Below are positions 1 to 9,541 of a DNA stretch of 64,000 nucleotides, in pieces (the stretch's first letter is position 1; the number at the start of each line of letters is the position of its first letter). Where the stretch lies: the UHGV virus genome UHGV-1428848; one strand, given 5' to 3'. Origin of the DNA: a virus. Under the pieces are notes generated by a model. The model was not told the origin of the DNA. It was given only the letters and a program-made list of their open reading frames with translations, and did not search any database. Made by a program: the position numbers and the translations under genes.

Positions 1-364
1 ATCTATAATTACTATATTGGTCAATAAACCCTTGGTCATCATCACAAACTTGTTGAGTAACTAATTGAGGTTTAACTACATCTAAAACTTCTGCCATATC
101 TTTAGAATAATGACGAGCACCTGGAATAATAAGAGTTCGTCCATCTTTTAATTTAAAACGGTTGGCTGCACAGACAATTCGTCGTTGATACTTTTGGTTT
201 TCATCCCAATATGCAGTCTGCCAACAGATTTCAGGAACTTCATCTAAAACATTTTGTTCTGTATATTCACCACCATAAGAAGCTAATTTAGCAGCCAGAC
301 TTTCCGGAGTCTCACGAGATAAAGCTTTATCTAACAGAGCTAAACGTTCTTTAAAAGTTTTCAT
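1..364 (-). CDS. hypothetical protein, 5' portion only (gene runs off the window start)
   Basis: Open minus-strand frame from ATG at 364 to the window edge; begins [21 protein letters not shown]; its ATG overlaps the stop of the upstream ORF (ATGA). Confidence 0.45.
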   Translation of the reverse strand, partial: MKTFKERLALLDKALSRETPESLAAKLASYGGEYTEQNVLDEVPEICWQTAYWDENQKYQRRIVCAANRFKLKDGRTLIIPGARHYSKDMAEVLDVVKPQLVTQQVCDDDQGFIDQYSNYR

Positions 365-690
365 TTAAACCATCCTTTAATACGCTGCCACAAAGTTTTC
401 TGTTGAGCTTTGTTAACACCAATTGAACGAATAACCGGTTGAGATTCCTGGAATTCTTTATAATCGGCAAGGTAAATTTCGTAAGCTGCATCTGTAAAGG
501 AACTTATCGCTGCCATAAAATTATTGCGAATACCTACTGGAGCATCTTTACTTTCACGAATAATCATGTATTTACCAGTCTTAATCTTTACAATAGTTCC
601 AAGATAAGCTCCATGGTACCAAATATCCCAACCCTCTTGAGTAGGTTCTGCACAACGACGAAGTTCATTGACAATTTCTAACTTGTTCAT
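361..690 (-). CDS. hypothetical protein (109 aa)
   Basis: ORF track; immediately downstream of motA; stop overlaps next start. Confidence 0.5.
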   Translation of the reverse strand: MNKLEIVNELRRCAEPTQEGWDIWYHGAYLGTIVKIKTGKYMIIRESKDAPVGIRNNFMAAISSFTDAAYEIYLADYKEFQESQPVIRSIGVNKAQQKTLWQRIKGWFK

Positions 691-700
691 TATTTATTCC

Positions 701-1336
701 TCACAGTTCAGATGCTACAGTGATTACAGCTTCAATGATTTCTGCCGAGCGTTTAATGTCAAGATACACATTACCGTTTTTAGCGATTTTACATGACATT
801 CCGATATCAGTAAATTTCTGAATATGATGTTCCATCATTTTGTATCCAAAAATTCGCATATTTCCATTGTTGTTAATTTCAAAATTGCGAATTCCATGTG
901 TACGTTTTTCTAAAATGGCAAGATAATTACTACGATAAGTTTCAACCTTTTTAAGAACAAATCCATTTTCATCTAGCAGTTTTAACATGAGATCTTTATC
1001 TTCTTCCATATCGGAAGTAATCTCGCGAGCTTTACGAGTAGCACGTTTTTTCAGAAGTTCTGGAGCATTTTCTTGCGCATATAAAGTTGCTGCGTTTGAA
1101 ATAATATCTTGCGCTTCGCCTGTGATGATTAATCCATCACCTGATTTCTCCACCAGGCCTTTTTTAATCAATACCCCAATATTACTATTAACTACTGCGT
1201 TACCTAAATCTGGATGCACCTCACGAACTTCTGCAGCTGTAATGAAATCTTTCTTAGCAATAGTAATTAAAATCGCAGCAGTTTTTTCATTCAGAACATC
1301 GTTAGAAGCTTTGATGATGTAAGTTACTTTAGACAT
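701..1336 (-). CDS. motA: MotA, middle-mode transcription activator
   Basis: 211 aa, same length as T4 MotA; sits directly downstream of gene 52 as in T4; preceded by an early promoter. Confidence 0.8.
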   Translation of the reverse strand: MSKVTYIIKASNDVLNEKTAAILITIAKKDFITAAEVREVHPDLGNAVVNSNIGVLIKKGLVEKSGDGLIITGEAQDIISNAATLYAQENAPELLKKRATRKAREITSDMEEDKDLMLKLLDENGFVLKKVETYRSNYLAILEKRTHGIRNFEINNNGNMRIFGYKMMEHHIQKFTDIGMSCKIAKNGNVYLDIKRSAEIIEAVITVASEL

Positions 1337-1370
1337 TTTAATCTCCGTTTCAGTTCATTTATTTGATAGT

Positions 1371-1403
1371 TGTATAGTACCACAGTATGCTTTGGTTGTA
1401 AAC
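1371..1403 (-). promoter_or_regulatory. T4-type early promoter
   Basis: On minus strand GTTTACA - 17 bp - TGGTACTATA, ~35 nt upstream of motA ATG. Confidence 0.55.
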
Positions 1404-1422
1404 CGTTTTGTGAAAAAATTTT

Positions 1423-1454
1423 TGAAATAAAAAAGGGAGAGCCGAGGCTCTCCC
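1423..1454 (-). terminator. intrinsic terminator hairpin with U-tract
   Basis: GGGAGAGCC-TCGG-CTCTCCC stem-loop followed by TTTTTTATTTC on minus strand. Confidence 0.5.
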
Positions 1455-1459
1455 TAAAA

Positions 1460-1609
1460 TTACTGCATGACTGTGATAACTATCATGATAACACGTTGAA
1501 TTCCGAACGCAAGAAGACCTCCTGCTACGGCAGGAACAACACCTAAACCCGCCAGTAAAATGCCACCAGATACTAATGCAGCGCTTGTGATACCAATGAA
1601 TGGACTCAT
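1460..1609 (-). CDS. small membrane peptide (49 aa)
   Basis: Hand-translated: MSPFIGITSAALVSGGILLAGLGVVPAVAGGLLAFGIQRVIMIVITVMQ; ATG overlaps gene 52 stop. Confidence 0.4.
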   Translation of the reverse strand: MSPFIGITSAALVSGGILLAGLGVVPAVAGGLLAFGIQRVIMIVITVMQ

Positions 1610-2934
1610 TTGATTTCCTCTAAATCTTTGGTGTATTCTGTAACTACATCAGTAGTTTTCCAATATTCGTTTTCTTCTTTTTTGGCTTTAGCTTCTTCAG
1701 CAAGTTTCTTTGCTTCGTCGGAAGTCATATGAAAAATATTCATTCCGACTAGTTTATCAACATAAGAAGAATACATCTCAATTTTAGAAAGTTCTTCGGT
1801 CAGTTCTTTACGAGTTTTACCCTGCACAACAATTTCACCTGAAATTACTTTCTTAATGAAATGTGCCTTGGCAAAAGCTAAACGAAATGCTGATTCAGTT
1901 TCTTTGATTTTGTTATCAATTCGTTTTTGGACATAAGTTTTACGAACTTCAACGAAGTCTTTGATTAAATCAACTACATTATCGTAAACTTGTAGTTTTC
2001 CTTTCTCATTAATAACCGTAATATTCTGAGAACGACGCTCAATCAACCCGAAGTCTTTCATAATTTTTGCATGGCGTTCTTCTTCGTTATCGCTCAAAGA
2101 GTATTCTTTGCGGAATTTAACTTTGAAGCCAAAGCCATGCTCACCACAAGCATCATCCCATGTAATGAAGCCTTTATCTTCAAGCGGGTCTAAGATTTTA
2201 CTCACATAAGTTTCACGATCATACTTATATGGAATCTCAGTGATATGCATTTGAGTTCGTGAAGTAAACTTATATGTTCCACGAATTTCATATTGCCCAT
2301 CAATTTCAACGACTTCACCACGAAATTCTGGGAATTCTACCTTCGGTTTAGTTACTTTCTTTCCTTGAAGAGCTTGCAGTACAGCTTTCTTGACAGAAGA
2401 AACACTATGAGGAAGAATGTAAGTTGCATAACCAGTTGCAATACCGGAAACGCCATTAAGAAGAACAGTAGGAATAATAGGCAAATAGAAAGCAGGCGGA
2501 ATGTGTTCTTTATCTTGATGTACCGGAGCATATTCAGTATCTTTATATACGTTATAGAAATTTTTACTTACACGAGCAAAAATATAACGACTTGCTGCTG
2601 CCTTTTGGACAGTACGAGAACCAAAGTTTCCTTGACCGTCTAACAGAGGAAAGTTATTATTCCAAGTGTTAGCCATCAAAGCACCTGCGTCTTGCGCAGA
2701 GTTTTCACCATGATGATATCCAAGGTCCGCTACACCGCCTGCGATAGAAGCGAGTTTGTGAAACTTATCTTTATTTCCTCGTGCCAAATCAAGAGCTCGA
2801 GCAATAACAAATCGTTGAACTGGCTTAAATCCGTCAATCATATTTGGAATGGCACGATTTTCAACCGTGTACATAGCATAAGCCAATGCTTCATTATCAA
2901 TGATACTTTTTAAATCACGATTATTCAGTTGCAT
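1606..2934 (-). CDS. 52: DNA topoisomerase II medium subunit (GyrA-like)
   Basis: 442 aa, same as T4 gp52; GyrA N-terminal signature region (PNMIDGFKPVQRF...); position next to motA. Confidence 0.9.
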   Translation of the reverse strand: MQLNNRDLKSIIDNEALAYAMYTVENRAIPNMIDGFKPVQRFVIARALDLARGNKDKFHKLASIAGGVADLGYHHGENSAQDAGALMANTWNNNFPLLDGQGNFGSRTVQKAAASRYIFARVSKNFYNVYKDTEYAPVHQDKEHIPPAFYLPIIPTVLLNGVSGIATGYATYILPHSVSSVKKAVLQALQGKKVTKPKVEFPEFRGEVVEIDGQYEIRGTYKFTSRTQMHITEIPYKYDRETYVSKILDPLEDKGFITWDDACGEHGFGFKVKFRKEYSLSDNEEERHAKIMKDFGLIERRSQNITVINEKGKLQVYDNVVDLIKDFVEVRKTYVQKRIDNKIKETESAFRLAFAKAHFIKKVISGEIVVQGKTRKELTEELSKIEMYSSYVDKLVGMNIFHMTSDEAKKLAEEAKAKKEENEYWKTTDVVTEYTKDLEEIK

Positions 2935-2938
2935 AAAT

Positions 2939-3079
2939 TTACCATACTAGTGAATGTAGTGCCATAATAACATCAGAAATGAAAAGCACGACTTGAATTA
3001 ATCCGAACATTATTCCGTAATATAATGCTATCAATAAAATAACAAGGGCTAATGAATAGCCCAAGATTTTCTTAATCAT
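2939..3079 (-). CDS. small hydrophobic peptide (46 aa)
   Basis: Hand-translated MIKKILGYSLALVILLIALYYGIMFGLIQVVLFISDVIMALHSLVW; overlaps neighbours by a few nt. Confidence 0.35.
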   Translation of the reverse strand: MIKKILGYSLALVILLIALYYGIMFGLIQVVLFISDVIMALHSLVW

Positions 3080-3230
3080 TAGTAGATAACAACACAAATG
3101 TTAAATATGCACACATACCCTGAGCTAAAGCTTGCGAAAACACACTGCTGGCATCAATACAGATAGTTAAAACACATGCTACTATCCAACAAATAAATGA
3201 AATAACTCCTAATAATTTTGCGATATTCAT
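3072..3230 (-). CDS. small membrane peptide (52 aa) at the position of T4 ac
   Basis: Hand-translated MNIAKLLGVISFICWIVACVLTICIDASSVFSQALAQGMCAYLTFVLLSTND; between stp and gene 52. Confidence 0.4.
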   Translation of the reverse strand: MNIAKLLGVISFICWIVACVLTICIDASSVFSQALAQGMCAYLTFVLLSTND

Positions 3231-3237
3231 ATTTTCC

Positions 3238-3318
3238 TCACTGGCGTCCGAAGACGCCTTTAGTTTTAAGATTATTACGATAGAACTGCATCACGTGTTC
3301 GTTGTGGAAATTACTCAT
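3238..3318 (-). CDS. stp: Stp peptide (26 aa), activator of host PrrC anticodon nuclease
   Basis: Hand-translated [26 protein letters not shown], matching my recollection of T4 Stp; ATG overlaps ndd stop (TAATG). Confidence 0.6.
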
Positions 3319-3776
3319 TAATATGCCTGCAAAACGAATTTAAAATTATCAGCCAACATACGGTTCATTTCTTCAAGTGTTTGATACTCAGAATGATGAT
3401 TACGAGTAAACGCTAAAGCTAACTGTCCTTTTCCAAATCCCGTCGTCAGAGGTTTCATCTTAGAAGCAGGCAGATAAAATACTGCGTATGGAACATTGTT
3501 ATTTGCAATAGTACGTGCAAGCTGAGACCGACGTTGACGAATATGACTTAGAACTGCACTGAATCCTTGCTTAGAACGCTGATTACCTACATAAAATCGT
3601 GCAGACACGCATGGATTACTAAATGGACGACCATCTAATTTACTCACTAAAAAGTAAAATCCAGGTTTAGATAAAAAGTCTTTATGCGGAGTTCCCAAAA
3701 ACCATTCACCGTTCTTGATTGTACCAATAACGGTAGCGCCCGCATTATTCAGATCAGTAGCAGTCATATATTTCAT
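3318..3776 (-). CDS. ndd: Ndd, nucleoid disruption protein
   Basis: 152 aa from ATG at 3776 (SD GAGGAAA upstream); T4 Ndd is ~151 aa; same neighbourhood (stp, denB, rIIB). Confidence 0.75.
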
Positions 3777-3836
3777 ATTAATTTCCTCTAAATTATTTTC
3801 TACTCCAAGGCCGCATGAATACACGCGGCCATTAAA

Positions 3837-4052
3837 TTAATCGTCGCAGTCGACGCTCAATTCCCAAAACTCTTCTACGGTATAAGTTTCAGTATCATTT
3901 TCAATACAGAAACGTTCATTACTGTTATTTGCTAAAGTAGCATTAACTGTCGGTTTCTCGCTAGTGCTCTTAAGAGGTGAAATACGAATTAACTGATCAC
4001 CGTTATCTAAACAGAAAATTTCACCAACTTTTACATCTTTAAAGATTTTCAT
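3837..4052 (-). CDS. hypothetical protein (71 aa)
   Basis: ORF track; ndd-proximal small ORF. Confidence 0.45.
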   Translation of the reverse strand: MKIFKDVKVGEIFCLDNGDQLIRISPLKSTSEKPTVNATLANNSNERFCIENDTETYTVEEFWELSVDCDD

Positions 4053-4167
4053 AATTCACCTCAAGGAGTATAAAATCCAAACGCAGTTGTTGACCATCCC
4101 ATCCAATATGGGAAATTTGCGCCAATGTAAAACATAAGAATATAAAACCAACCGCTCAGCAAATTCA

Positions 4168-4386
4168 TCATTTTACACCATTCCAAATTGTTTCAACCAC
4201 GGATTTTAAACCATTTTGATGAATGTCCATTCCAACTACCGCCATCAAATAGATTCCAACTACAACTGAACCTAAGGCAAAAATCAGCATAAAAATGAAT
4301 AAAGCCGGAAAAATATTATCGAAAAACCATTCAATAAATGTAAAAGCACTGCGTTTACGCTTCATATTTTCCTCACATAAATCCAA
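4168..4386 (-). CDS. small membrane protein (72 aa)
   Basis: ORF track; long hydrophobic segment IFPALFIFMLIFALGSVVVGIYLMAVVG. Confidence 0.45.
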   Translation of the reverse strand: MDLCEENMKRKRSAFTFIEWFFDNIFPALFIFMLIFALGSVVVGIYLMAVVGMDIHQNGLKSVVETIWNGVK

Positions 4387-4486
4387 AGTAAGCGTTTAAT
4401 ACATCAATCATTAAAACGATTGGGAATATACTCAAAACTATTAGTATTATAACTACATTCCATATAGCTTTAACAATCTTTTTCAT
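4373..4486 (-). CDS. small membrane peptide (37 aa)
   Basis: Internal ATG of ORF 4373..4621 lying just downstream of an early promoter and GGAGGA SD; MKKIVKAIWNVVIILIVLSIFPIVLMIDVLNAYFGFM. Confidence 0.35.
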   Translation of the reverse strand: MKKIVKAIWNVVIILIVLSIFPIVLMIDVLNAYFGFM

Positions 4487-4511
4487 TTTCTGTTCCTCCG
4501 TAGTTGATAGG

Positions 4512-4544
4512 GTAATAGTACCACGGAAGAACAGTCTTGTAAAC
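4512..4544 (-). promoter_or_regulatory. T4-type early promoter
   Basis: Minus strand GTTTACAAGACTGTTCTTCCGTGGTACTATTACCC then SD GGAGGA. Confidence 0.55.
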
Positions 4545-4729
4545 AACTTTTTTAAAAATATTCGTAATAAATGTGAATACCAATCACTACTGCCGAAACT
4601 TGTGCAACCCACCACGCACAAGCAATAAGTACAGAATTAAAAATTTTCATAATAACCTCATCACAAAAGTAAATGTTAAACAAATTACTGGAATACTAAT
4701 TAACCAAACAAAACACCACCATAGTGAAC

Positions 4730-4993
4730 TCATAACTCAATCTCAGCGATTTTCATTTCATTACTATTAATAGCCGCTTTAAGACTATCTGAAAGAATTA
4801 CATTCCAGTGGTCATTCATATGACCATTAACTAAGCGTGTAATTTCTTCGGGAGTTGAAAAATAAGGCGTATCAGACTCCCAATGCGATAATCCTAAGCG
4901 AGTATAAATCATACCTTCATCATCGCTAGAATATTCAACTGACACAAACTCATCAGTTATTTTATGTTTAGCGTAATAAAATTTAAATTTCAT
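4730..4993 (-). CDS. hypothetical protein (87 aa)
   Basis: Internal ATG of ORF 4730..5053 placed after promoter/SD; the N-terminal extension in the track is the translated promoter sequence. Confidence 0.45.
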   Translation of the reverse strand: MKFKFYYAKHKITDEFVSVEYSSDDEGMIYTRLGLSHWESDTPYFSTPEEITRLVNGHMNDHWNVILSDSLKAAINSNEMKIAEIEL

Positions 4994-5018
4994 TTTCCGC
5001 TCCTCCGCAGTTGATAGG

Positions 5019-5051
5019 GTAATAGTACCACGGTCCTTGTGGTATGTAAAC
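5019..5051 (-). promoter_or_regulatory. T4-type early promoter
   Basis: Minus strand GTTTACATACCACAAGGACCGTGGTACTATTACCC then GGAGGAG SD. Confidence 0.55.
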
Positions 5052-5066
5052 AACTTTGTGAAATTT

Positions 5067-5624
5067 TTAAATGGAAAGATACCATCCGTTGTAGTTGCTT
5101 TTTCTTACAACCTTACGAAGGTCTTCTCTATCACCGATGAACTTCGGAGTGTACTGGATGACACCTGGGTGAATTTCTTTAGTGTTGAATATAATTATAC
5201 AGTCAGCGACCTGATGATTCAGAATGGGCCCTAGATTTATTCCAGAACCGTATGGATACTCTCCGCTGCATCCTGTTGTTACAGAAATCCAACGCGAGTC
5301 AGTTTGATGTGTCTTAACTTCTACACGAAGCCCGCAGTATCTTGGATGCGCCAATACATCCCATGCGTATGTATACGGGTCATTAACATCCTCTTGGCCT
5401 TTGTTAACATACCCGTTTAGCCAATCTGCTACAAAAAACTCTGCGTACACCGCGATACGACATCTTTCAATAACTTCTGCTTTATCCTGGTTCGGGTTTT
5501 GTTTTAAAGAGTATCTTGCTGTATCAGCAATTTTGACCTTCATTTCACTAGTCAAGTCACTGTTCGATAGGGTAAATGTCGGAATCTGAAATAGTCTCTG
5601 TAACCCCGGATTCGTTTTCTGCAT
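5067..5624 (-). CDS. denB: DenB, endonuclease IV
   Basis: 185 aa, same as T4 DenB; position between ndd cluster and rIIB. Confidence 0.75.
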   Translation of the reverse strand: MQKTNPGLQRLFQIPTFTLSNSDLTSEMKVKIADTARYSLKQNPNQDKAEVIERCRIAVYAEFFVADWLNGYVNKGQEDVNDPYTYAWDVLAHPRYCGLRVEVKTHQTDSRWISVTTGCSGEYPYGSGINLGPILNHQVADCIIIFNTKEIHPGVIQYTPKFIGDREDLRKVVRKSNYNGWYLSI

Positions 5625-5886
5625 TTAAACTTTCCTTTTTACCACTAAGATAAGCGTTATACACTTTAAGAGTACCATAGTAAATTCGATCATTTTCATC
5701 TAAAGAATTACGATCAAGTTCATCGAGATTCTTTTTGTCCATGACTATAACATCATTGCAGTAAAGAACTCCAAGTTTTTCATGCCCAAACTCGAATTTA
5801 TTGCAGTACACAATATTAGCGTAATGATTACCATGTAGAGAAATTTCTTTTATGTCGGTGTCACCGATATTCATACAATAAATCAT
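5557..5886 (-). CDS. hypothetical protein (109 aa)
   Basis: ORF track; 3' end overlaps denB start by 68 nt in another frame, so extent is uncertain. Confidence 0.35.
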   Translation of the reverse strand: MIYCMNIGDTDIKEISLHGNHYANIVYCNKFEFGHEKLGVLYCNDVIVMDKKNLDELDRNSLDENDRIYYGTLKVYNAYLSGKKESLNAENESGVTETISDSDIYPIEQ

Positions 5887-5904
5887 AATTTACCTTAAAA
5901 CAAA

Positions 5905-5918
5905 AGGGCCGAAGCCCT
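5905..5918 (-). terminator. GC-rich hairpin with U-rich tail
   Basis: AGGGC-CGAA-GCCCT stem-loop, T-rich 3' on minus strand, directly after the 64-aa ORF. Confidence 0.45.
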
Positions 5919-5921
5919 TAT

Positions 5922-6116
5922 TTATTTGAATTGTTCAATTCTTTTCTCTAAACAGTCAGCATAAGATTTCATTGAGATAAACTGCGAAAGTAACAGTTCT
6001 TGCTCAACTGCACTAACTGTTAGAAACTTTGCGCTTTCTAAAAATTTGCTCAGTGCATTAATTTTGAGCATTAATTGATCGTATTCTTCTTTTACTCGTG
6101 CTTGATAACCTAACAT
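5922..6116 (-). CDS. hypothetical protein (64 aa)
   Basis: ORF track; C-terminus ...EQFK duplicated from rIIB C-terminus. Confidence 0.4.
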   Translation of the reverse strand: MLGYQARVKEEYDQLMLKINALSKFLESAKFLTVSAVEQELLLSQFISMKSYADCLEKRIEQFK

Positions 6117-6144
6117 AATTTTCCTTAGTTAAGGGCCGAAGCCC

Positions 6145-7083
6145 TTATTTAAATTGTTCAGTAACGTCTTCAACTACTTCGTATTGACAGGTACGCATTT
6201 TAGCATCGTTGTAATCAATCGGAATTGATACTACATCACGCGGATGTACTTTAACTTTTACAACTCGGCTGGTTGAACTGCCAAAGTGACGAATATAAGA
6301 TTTAGAACACACATGCAGACCACGAGAACAAGTTTGTGTATCATCGTCATTCACACGAGTACGTGGCATTTTAACTACTTTACCAGGACTGTTATCAAAA
6401 GTATTTGAATGACAGTCAAAGTAATTGCTGCGAACTACTTTCCAAGCATAGAAGTAACCATCTTCTGTAATTTCAATATCATTTGCTACCAAGAAATCAA
6501 AAAGTCGAGATACCGCTTTCTGGCTTGGGTTTTCCAGCAGATTTTCCAAGAACGGAAAATAAAATTCAAAGTTTTCGCCTTTTTCCATCGAGTCAAGAAT
6601 ACGATCAACCAAACCAGATCGCAATTCAATATTTTGATAGAATAAGCTTCCACCTTCAATTCGAACATCGCCGGAAATATATTTTTCAACAGCGCGACGA
6701 ACATTAATTTTTTGTGCCGCTTCTTCTAACTTATCTGCTACGAGCAGATTAAGAATTTCCTGGAAGTTTGAATGAGTATTAGGAGTTGCGTTATAAGTTA
6801 CACCGTCAACAGTAATTGAAATGAATTTTTTAGATGCATTCCAAATAATGTCAGATTTAGCAACTGGAGCAATAACTTCATCGCTATTAACTTTAACTGT
6901 AATATCACCGCTAATAGTAACTTTAGGGCGTTTAGCTTCTTCAGCATTTTTCAAAACACGACGGATTGTGTCAACCGATACATCCTTCCAATAAGCTAAT
7001 TCCTGCTGAGTGTAATTACCGCTTGAATACAGTTTAACAATTTCAGCTTGTTCGTTTTTGGTCAGGCATTTAATATTGTACAT
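6145..7083 (-). CDS. rIIB: rIIB protein
   Basis: 312 aa, same as T4 rIIB; directly downstream of rIIA. Confidence 0.85.
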   Translation of the reverse strand: MYNIKCLTKNEQAEIVKLYSSGNYTQQELAYWKDVSVDTIRRVLKNAEEAKRPKVTISGDITVKVNSDEVIAPVAKSDIIWNASKKFISITVDGVTYNATPNTHSNFQEILNLLVADKLEEAAQKINVRRAVEKYISGDVRIEGGSLFYQNIELRSGLVDRILDSMEKGENFEFYFPFLENLLENPSQKAVSRLFDFLVANDIEITEDGYFYAWKVVRSNYFDCHSNTFDNSPGKVVKMPRTRVNDDDTQTCSRGLHVCSKSYIRHFGSSTSRVVKVKVHPRDVVSIPIDYNDAKMRTCQYEVVEDVTEQFK

Positions 7084-7094
7084 AATTTTCCTTA

Positions 7095-9272
7095 TTAGGC
7101 CGCAAGGGCCTTCATAGTTTTAGCGATTTGGGAAACTTCATCATCACTCAAAGAGTTGCGATAACCGATGAAGTCGGAAACAATACGGAATTTCTTGGTA
7201 AACTCAGCAACCATTTTATCACTGTTTTTTGAAGCATTATTTGATAATACATCAAAAAGATTAGTTACCGTCCAGATGTCATGACCGATGGTATCTTTTC
7301 CACCATTAAAATATACACCGCGCAATGAACTAACTATATTAGCGAGTCGTGTATATTCTTCAGAAACTTCATCTGTACTGAAGTACTTCATCATAAAATC
7401 TAGTTCAGGATACTTGATAATTTTATCAATATATCGTTGAGCTGAACTTGAATAACCTACATACTTATCATAATCTACATCATCAAAAGCATCTACATAT
7501 AAATCACGCAAAGCTTCAAAAATACATTGGCACTGACCAAGCTCTTTTACCTTTTTCTGCAAAAGCGGACGAATAACATAAAATTCATTAATGCCAATAA
7601 GATTAGCCATACGAATCAAAATATTCATAGATGGATGACAAAGCGATGTAGTACCATCCATAGAGAAAATATCAGAACGATGCATATACGCTACATAACC
7701 AGTAATTTCATCTGCTTCTGACGTAAGTGTAAATAATTCCTCTTTTTCCCAACGCCCATCTTTAATTTCAAACTTAAATGCTGTAGCAGCTTTAGGACGA
7801 GGAGCTTTACTTTTAACTACCTTTGGAATATAGCTTTTAACTAAAGCTTCAATTTCTGACAAATAATGAATGTTAACTTCATCACTTTCAAACATCGCCA
7901 TAATATCAGGAAGTAAATCAATCTGCGATTCTACTTCTGGATTAATAAACAAAAGGCGTTCGTTATGATGAATATTCAAAGTGTTATTAAATTCACTATC
8001 ATCTAACGCATGTGCTAATCCACGGACAATATTAACACGATTTTTAATATTATCAATAACGATATTAATTTTTGCTGTATTAATACCAAACAGACGATAA
8101 CTTGATGCAACGGCTGAAGTTTCATGGCTTTGCTTAATGCGTTTCAGTCGAGGGTCAAGATTTACTTCATACACAACTCCTGCATTGCATAACTTACTGT
8201 CAGGTTCAAACATGCTCTGCATTTTCTTATATGACAGATTTTTAGTCGTGAATTTGACTGAATTACTAATCATATAATCTCGAGCAGAATACCCCATCTT
8301 CATCAATTCACGATATGTATGACGGGGAGATGTAGATTCTTTAAATCGTTTTACATCTTCATTAAATGCTTGCTCACTGAGTTCTTTAACTCGCTCAATA
8401 ATATTTTTACGAGTACGATCATCAAGTGAAAGAGCCTCGCGAGATGGAGCAATATCAAGTGAACCCATTGGAAACTTAATGTAATTCACTTCATTGCGAA
8501 TGCTTAACCAGTTACGGTCTCTAATAACACCATCGATAGGATAAACAATACCGCCATAGATAGCATATAATCCACCACGATCAGGCCAGTATCTTTCTGG
8601 ATTTACACCATAATAATCATCAAAATCAGGAAAATAATCAATTTCGCGGTCAAGACCATTAATGATAGCCAAATCTTTGAACGGTCGCATGATATAAGAA
8701 ACTTCATAAGCAAAGTTTCTAAAGTCTTTTTCTTCAACTGGAACTACGATTTCAATACCAGTTTTATCATCTGGACCCATTTCTTTTACGAATGTAGGTT
8801 TAATTTGTGGACCATCGCCATCCATGTAAGCTACATAACCACGAATTTCACCTTTATGATACGAAGTAATACTAAATGTATCAGTATAACTAAACGGAGA
8901 TTTAGAACCTAAACCAAATCCGCCAATGAAATCGTTAGATTCAGCCTTAGATGAACTGAAGTATGAATTATACAAACCAGGAGAATTATCATCACCCTGA
9001 ATATCAAAATCACTCATACCCGGACCAAAATCTCGGCAAACAAATCGTGGATCTAAACGTCCAGGAACTTGAATGATAAATTTTTCAGGATTTCCATTGA
9101 GAGCATGGGCATCAATCATGTTGGTAATCAATTCACGAACAACTGCGCGAATTTTGTTTGTATACAAATCAGATGACAGAATTTTAAATACTTTAGGAGA
9201 TGCTGTGATGCTAAATGCTTTTGATTTAGAACCATTGCCAAGAATAGTTTCTTTTTCAGTGGTGATAATCAT
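7095..9272 (-). CDS. rIIA: rIIA protein (GHKL-type ATPase fold)
   Basis: 725 aa, same as T4 rIIA; ATP-binding Bergerat-fold motifs ([18 protein letters not shown]). Confidence 0.85.
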   Translation of the reverse strand: MIITTEKETILGNGSKSKAFSITASPKVFKILSSDLYTNKIRAVVRELITNMIDAHALNGNPEKFIIQVPGRLDPRFVCRDFGPGMSDFDIQGDDNSPGLYNSYFSSSKAESNDFIGGFGLGSKSPFSYTDTFSITSYHKGEIRGYVAYMDGDGPQIKPTFVKEMGPDDKTGIEIVVPVEEKDFRNFAYEVSYIMRPFKDLAIINGLDREIDYFPDFDDYYGVNPERYWPDRGGLYAIYGGIVYPIDGVIRDRNWLSIRNEVNYIKFPMGSLDIAPSREALSLDDRTRKNIIERVKELSEQAFNEDVKRFKESTSPRHTYRELMKMGYSARDYMISNSVKFTTKNLSYKKMQSMFEPDSKLCNAGVVYEVNLDPRLKRIKQSHETSAVASSYRLFGINTAKINIVIDNIKNRVNIVRGLAHALDDSEFNNTLNIHHNERLLFINPEVESQIDLLPDIMAMFESDEVNIHYLSEIEALVKSYIPKVVKSKAPRPKAATAFKFEIKDGRWEKEELFTLTSEADEITGYVAYMHRSDIFSMDGTTSLCHPSMNILIRMANLIGINEFYVIRPLLQKKVKELGQCQCIFEALRDLYVDAFDDVDYDKYVGYSSSAQRYIDKIIKYPELDFMMKYFSTDEVSEEYTRLANIVSSLRGVYFNGGKDTIGHDIWTVTNLFDVLSNNASKNSDKMVAEFTKKFRIVSDFIGYRNSLSDDEVSQIAKTMKALAA

Positions 9273-9282
9273 AATTTCCTCA

Positions 9283-9486
9283 TTAATTCATATTACGCTT
9301 AATAACTTCAGCAACTTCTAGTAGTTCATCTTTAGTTGCGGTGTCGGATTGAATTTTATCTCTAATATCTTTAAAGCGGTTTTTAAATTCTTCGGCTTCT
9401 CCCATATCGAAAAAGCGTTGAATGATTCTATATTCTCGATGAACTGCTTTATCAAAAAGTTCTAAATTTACTTTATATGATTTCAT
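9283..9486 (-). CDS. hypothetical protein (67 aa), rIIA.1 position
   Basis: ORF track; between gene 39 and rIIA; preceded by an early promoter. Confidence 0.5.
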   Translation of the reverse strand: MKSYKVNLELFDKAVHREYRIIQRFFDMGEAEEFKNRFKDIRDKIQSDTATKDELLEVAEVIKRNMN

Positions 9487-9509
9487 TTCAATATCCTCAT
9501 TTGCCCAAT

Positions 9510-9541
9510 TAATTATACCACATCCTTGTGGTAAAGTAAAC
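9510..9541 (-). promoter_or_regulatory. T4-type early promoter
   Basis: Minus strand GTTTACTTTACCACAAGGATGTGGTATAATTAATTGG; overlaps the stop of gene 39. Confidence 0.55.
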
